A stretch of 48,962 nt of DNA from an uncultured Clostridia bacterium (GTDB lineage Bacteria > Bacillota > Clostridia > Lachnospirales > Lachnospiraceae), in the NCBI GenBank assembly GCA_946401715.1, contig CAMIVF010000001.1, forward strand, positions 1-48,962, read 5' to 3'. Under the pieces are notes generated by a model. The model did no database searches, had not been told where the DNA came from, and worked only from the letters and a program-made list of their open reading frames with translations. Below, piece by piece: positions 45,899 through 48,962 of this stretch. Made by a program: the position numbers and the translations under genes. Each line of letters begins with the position of its first letter. Position 1 is the first letter of the stretch.

Positions 45899-46489
45899 TC
45901 AGGAACAGAACGCTTTCAATTCCCGGTACACTCTGCTCACCGGAAGGCCGACGATATTGAAGTAGTCTCCTTCGATGTGCGTGACATATCTGCAGAAGGC
46001 ACCCTGAATTCCATATGCCCCCGCCTTGTCCATCGGTTCTCCTGTAGCAATATAGTCCTGAATCTCCTCTTCAGTCAGAGGAGCGACATACACATGACTC
46101 ACCTCAGAGAAAGTCCTCGCACACTCCCTTCCTCCGATCCTGCCGTGAAGTGTCACGCCGGTACAGACATGGTGCGCTCTGCCTGACAGCAGCCGGAGCA
46201 TCCGTGCCGCATCCGCTTCACTGTGCGGTTTTCCGAGTATCTCTCCATCCAGAGCGACAACCGTATCCGCACCGATTACGGCAAAGTCCCCGTCTTCTGC
46301 AGCCTGCCGGTAAACGTCTTCTGCCTTTCTGGCCGACAGCTTCTCCACCAGAGCGCACGGATCCGGTTCCGAAACATCTTCGTCTGCGCCAGACACGATT
46401 ACTTCATGGAAAAGACCCGCTGTGTTCAGGAGCTCATCTCTTCTCGGAGATCCTGACGCAAGAATCAGTCTGATGTTTTCCGGCTTCAT
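45899..46489 (-). CDS. maf: Maf-family nucleoside triphosphate pyrophosphatase (YhdE-type)
   Basis: LILASGSPRR, IGADTVV, ILGKP, LSGRAH, EPMDKAGAYGIQ, NIVGLP. Confidence 0.95.
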   Translation of the reverse strand: MKPENIRLILASGSPRRDELLNTAGLFHEVIVSGADEDVSEPDPCALVEKLSARKAEDVYRQAAEDGDFAVIGADTVVALDGEILGKPHSEADAARMLRLLSGRAHHVCTGVTLHGRIGGRECARTFSEVSHVYVAPLTEEEIQDYIATGEPMDKAGAYGIQGAFCRYVTHIEGDYFNIVGLPVSRVYRELKAFCS

Positions 46490-47772
46490 TACGATTCCTC
46501 CTGCGCGGACGGCTCTTCCTCCGCCTCGTCCTCCGCCTCTTCGACGATGCTGTCATCTGTCCCGGCGGCGCTGTCATTTTCTTCCTGCTCCGGATCAGCA
46601 TCACTGCTGTCAGCCCCGTCTGCAGCACGCTCTTCTTCTGCCGCTTCGTCAATACGCTCCTGGCTCATCATCTGCGCCAGCATTCTTGCCGAGATCGCCT
46701 CGTCCTCGGCATCGGTCAGGTCGTCGTTCGTGATGGTCTTCATATCCTCAAGGGAAGGATGCTCCATCGCCGCGATCCTCCCGGCCTGGTTGGTGATGAT
46801 TTCCTCAAACAGGTTGCGGGCTGCACGGGCATTCGCAAAGTTCTCCGGAGAGGACAGCTTCATGAGGGACAGCTTTTCCCGGACATGGGTTCTTGCCGAA
46901 TCCTCGATCGTGTAATCATACTTCCTGCAGTTCATGTCAAAGATTGCCATCAGCTCGTCGATGGAATAATCCGGAAACTCAATGTACTTGTTGAACCGGC
47001 TCTTCAGACCCGGATTGCTGTTGATGAACCGCTCCATCGGTTCGGTATATCCGGCCACGATCACGATCAGGTCATCTCTGTGATCCTCCATCGCCTTCAG
47101 GATCGTGTCGATTGCCTCCTGCCCGAAATCCTCATTCTTCGCAGCAAGCGTATAGGCTTCATCGATGAACAGAACACCGCCGAGGGCGGCCTGAATCTGC
47201 TCCTGGGTCTTGAGCGCTGTCTGCCCGACATACCCTGCGACCAGGCCTGACCGGTCGACTTCGATCAGCTGTCCCTTCGACAGAATACCGATCTGGTTGT
47301 AGAGCTTCGCCAGAATTCTGGCTACCGTCGTCTTGCCGGTGCCGGGGTTGCCCGTAAACACAAGATGAAGGGAAACCGGCACCGATTTCAGTCCGGCATC
47401 TTCCCTTGCCTTCTGGATCTTTGCAAAATCCGTCAGCTCTTTCACATCGTGCTTGATCTTCTCCAGGCCGATCAGGTTGTTGAGGGTCTCCATCGGATCC
47501 TCTTCCGGTTCCGGTTTTGCCGGAGGCTCCTGCACCGCTTTGGGAGCCGGTCCTGTTGCAGCTTCCACCGGAGCCTTGGCATCACTGCTTTCGGACTGCG
47601 CACCGGCAGCGCCGGCCTGGGCTGCGCCCTGCGTCCGGGAAGAGGCTGCCTGTGCAGAGTTCTTTTTCGGCGTATCTGCCACGCCGAAGAAATCATCATA
47701 CAGACTGGCTGTCAGCTGTCTCCTGGTTTCCTGGATCTGACGAATGATCTCATCTGTGTTCTCTTTTCCCAT
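46489..47772 (-). CDS. SpoVK/CbbX-family AAA+ ATPase with low-complexity N-linker and acidic tail
   Basis: LIGLEKIK, HLVFTGNPGTGKTTVARI, LVAGYVGQTA, GGVLFIDEAY, NPGLKSRF, FANAR. Stop overlaps the maf start. Confidence 0.88.
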   Translation of the reverse strand: MGKENTDEIIRQIQETRRQLTASLYDDFFGVADTPKKNSAQAASSRTQGAAQAGAAGAQSESSDAKAPVEAATGPAPKAVQEPPAKPEPEEDPMETLNNLIGLEKIKHDVKELTDFAKIQKAREDAGLKSVPVSLHLVFTGNPGTGKTTVARILAKLYNQIGILSKGQLIEVDRSGLVAGYVGQTALKTQEQIQAALGGVLFIDEAYTLAAKNEDFGQEAIDTILKAMEDHRDDLIVIVAGYTEPMERFINSNPGLKSRFNKYIEFPDYSIDELMAIFDMNCRKYDYTIEDSARTHVREKLSLMKLSSPENFANARAARNLFEEIITNQAGRIAAMEHPSLEDMKTITNDDLTDAEDEAISARMLAQMMSQERIDEAAEEERAADGADSSDADPEQEENDSAAGTDDSIVEEAEDEAEEEPSAQEES

Positions 47773-47827
47773 CTCTGTTCCCCGCTTAAACTCCTGTAAA
47801 GAACGTCATAAGTCCTTCCATGCTTCA

Positions 47828-48166
47828 TTAATACTTCCGGTCTCTGATCTTGTCAGCCGCTTCGGAAGTCAGCTCTTTTGCCGTCCTTACCTCTGTCACC
47901 AGCCCGGCGTCCCGGATTGCGCGCAGCGCACGCTCCTCATCAGAGGCTTTCACATAGACCACGTAAACCTCTCTGTCAATCCTGCCCTTCTTTCCATAAT
48001 TGCGCGGATCCATTGCGCTGTATCCGCCCACCGGAATCTCTTCCTGCTCAAAATGTGAGCATCTGTTCCAGATTCCGGCTGCGTCAAGGGCTTCCCTGAT
48101 CCGTCCCTGTGTATCGCGGTCTCTCTTGCGAAAGACAGGCACCTTTTTTTCAAACAGACTCATCAT
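47828..48166 (-). CDS. Small hypothetical protein (DUF2007-like pattern)
   Basis: IREALDAAGI...VYVVYVKASDEERA pattern. AAGGAAG RBS. ATGA overlap with the upstream gene. Confidence 0.65.
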   Translation of the reverse strand: MMSLFEKKVPVFRKRDRDTQGRIREALDAAGIWNRCSHFEQEEIPVGGYSAMDPRNYGKKGRIDREVYVVYVKASDEERALRAIRDAGLVTEVRTAKELTSEAADKIRDRKY

Positions 48167-48962
48167 ACTTCCTTTTCTTCGGAAGTTTCCCCGCCCTCCG
48201 GCGCGGCTTCCGTTTGCTCCTCATTCTCCGGCGCGGCTTCCGTTTGCCCCTCGCCCTCCGGCGCGGTTTCCGTTTGCCCCTCATTCTCCGGCGCGGCTTC
48301 CGTTTGCTCCTCATTCTGCGGCGCGGCTTCCGTATGCTCCTCGCCCTCCGGCGCGGCTTCCGCTCCCGGTATTGAATATCCGGCCCGCTTCATTCCTGCC
48401 GTAAAGGCTTCTTCACTCATTTCCAGCCGCGCAGCAGCTATTTCTGCACTGTACAGTCCCGCTGCTACGTCCTCATAGCGCTCCTTCAGCCTGGCCTGCT
48501 CTGCACTGCGCGCAGCGGCAAGGGCAAGTTCCTTCGCCTTCTCGACCAGAACCTCCTCCGCCTGTGCCATACTGACAGCTCCTTCGTCAGGCTGCGTTAC
48601 TTCCTCTTTCGCAGCTTCGGAATCAGAGGAATCCGCCCTTTCGACCGTTCTGTCCCGTGCCAGATCCCGTTCTTCTCCTGTCGGAATCTCAAGCGCCTTC
48701 TGCTCCGCGCGGATCGACAGAACCTGGATCAGCTGAACCAGGGCACCTGTCGCGGCGATCAGGAGCGGAAGCAGATTCAGAACCTGATTTTCCGTCAGCT
48801 TATCCTTGATCCACGGGATCTTCTGAAACGTGCCGGTCACGGGAAGATACGCATCACACAGAAGTCCGAGCACAACGCCGCCTTCGAGCGCAGTCAGGAT
48901 AAACTTCAGTTTCTTTGCCGCAAGGGCAAAAAGAACACCCGCCGCAATGGCAATCACAAGCG
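48163..48962 (-). CDS. Membrane protein, 5' end outside the window, with a charged helical region and acidic 10-aa repeats
   Basis: Open frame to the window edge, hydrophobic helices, C-terminal TEAAPE[NG]E[EG]Q repeats. Confidence 0.75.
   Translation of the reverse strand, partial: LVIAIAAGVLFALAAKKLKFILTALEGGVVLGLLCDAYLPVTGTFQKIPWIKDKLTENQVLNLLPLLIAATGALVQLIQVLSIRAEQKALEIPTGEERDLARDRTVERADSSDSEAAKEEVTQPDEGAVSMAQAEEVLVEKAKELALAAARSAEQARLKERYEDVAAGLYSAEIAAARLEMSEEAFTAGMKRAGYSIPGAEAAPEGEEHTEAAPQNEEQTEAAPENEGQTETAPEGEGQTEAAPENEEQTEAAPEGGETSEEKEV
48196..48362. repeat. 30-nt coding tandem repeat, about 5.5 copies
   Basis: Units like CTCCGGCGCGGCTTCCGTTTGCTCCTCATT start at 48196, 48226, 48256, 48286, 48316 and 48346. 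Confidence 0.9.

Noticed and set aside
45751-45960. 69-aa plus-strand ORF as a leaderless gene
   Set aside because: It crosses a terminator hairpin, overlaps the maf 3' end antisense, and has no protein-like features. A structured RNA explains the region better, though a leaderless peptide is not fully excluded.
48196-48362. Possible CRISPR array
   Set aside because: The repeats are head-to-tail with no unique spacers, in frame within a CDS, and there are no cas genes.

Overview
A roughly 49 kb GC-rich chromosomal segment from a Clostridia-class Firmicute. Gene content and order suggest Lachnospiraceae (inference). Nearly all genes are on the minus strand. From left to right: (1) an Ftr1/P19-type (FetMP-like) iron-uptake operon with DUF4418, FTR1 permease, P19 and a DUF2318 membrane protein that runs off the left edge and is absent from the ORF track; (2) thrS, an acidic membrane-anchored protein and a SEC-C protein; (3) two DUF6077-like membrane proteins behind purF-purB-purA; (4) an uncharacterised triplet of a DUF5717-like giant, a DUF5716-like degenerate Hsp70-fold protein and a TPR protein; (5) nrdR, a cytidylate-kinase-like gene, an MFS gene, whiA, rapZ, an in-frame YfhO::MurB fusion, addA and addB; (6) a triple-YARHG secreted protein, valS, yihA, clpX, clpP, tig and a DJ-1 gene; (7) an orphan XRE regulator, an NlpC/P60-like hydrolase with WalR-like boxes, a candidate small RNA, maf, a SpoVK/CbbX-like AAA+ ATPase and two hypothetical genes. 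I saw no rRNA, tRNA, CRISPR array, transposase or prophage. The most notable items are the YfhO-MurB fusion, the pseudo-Hsp70/TPR/giant triplet and the promoter-bounded structured RNA candidate near 45.75-45.85 kb. Family names come from motif recognition by eye, not database searches.
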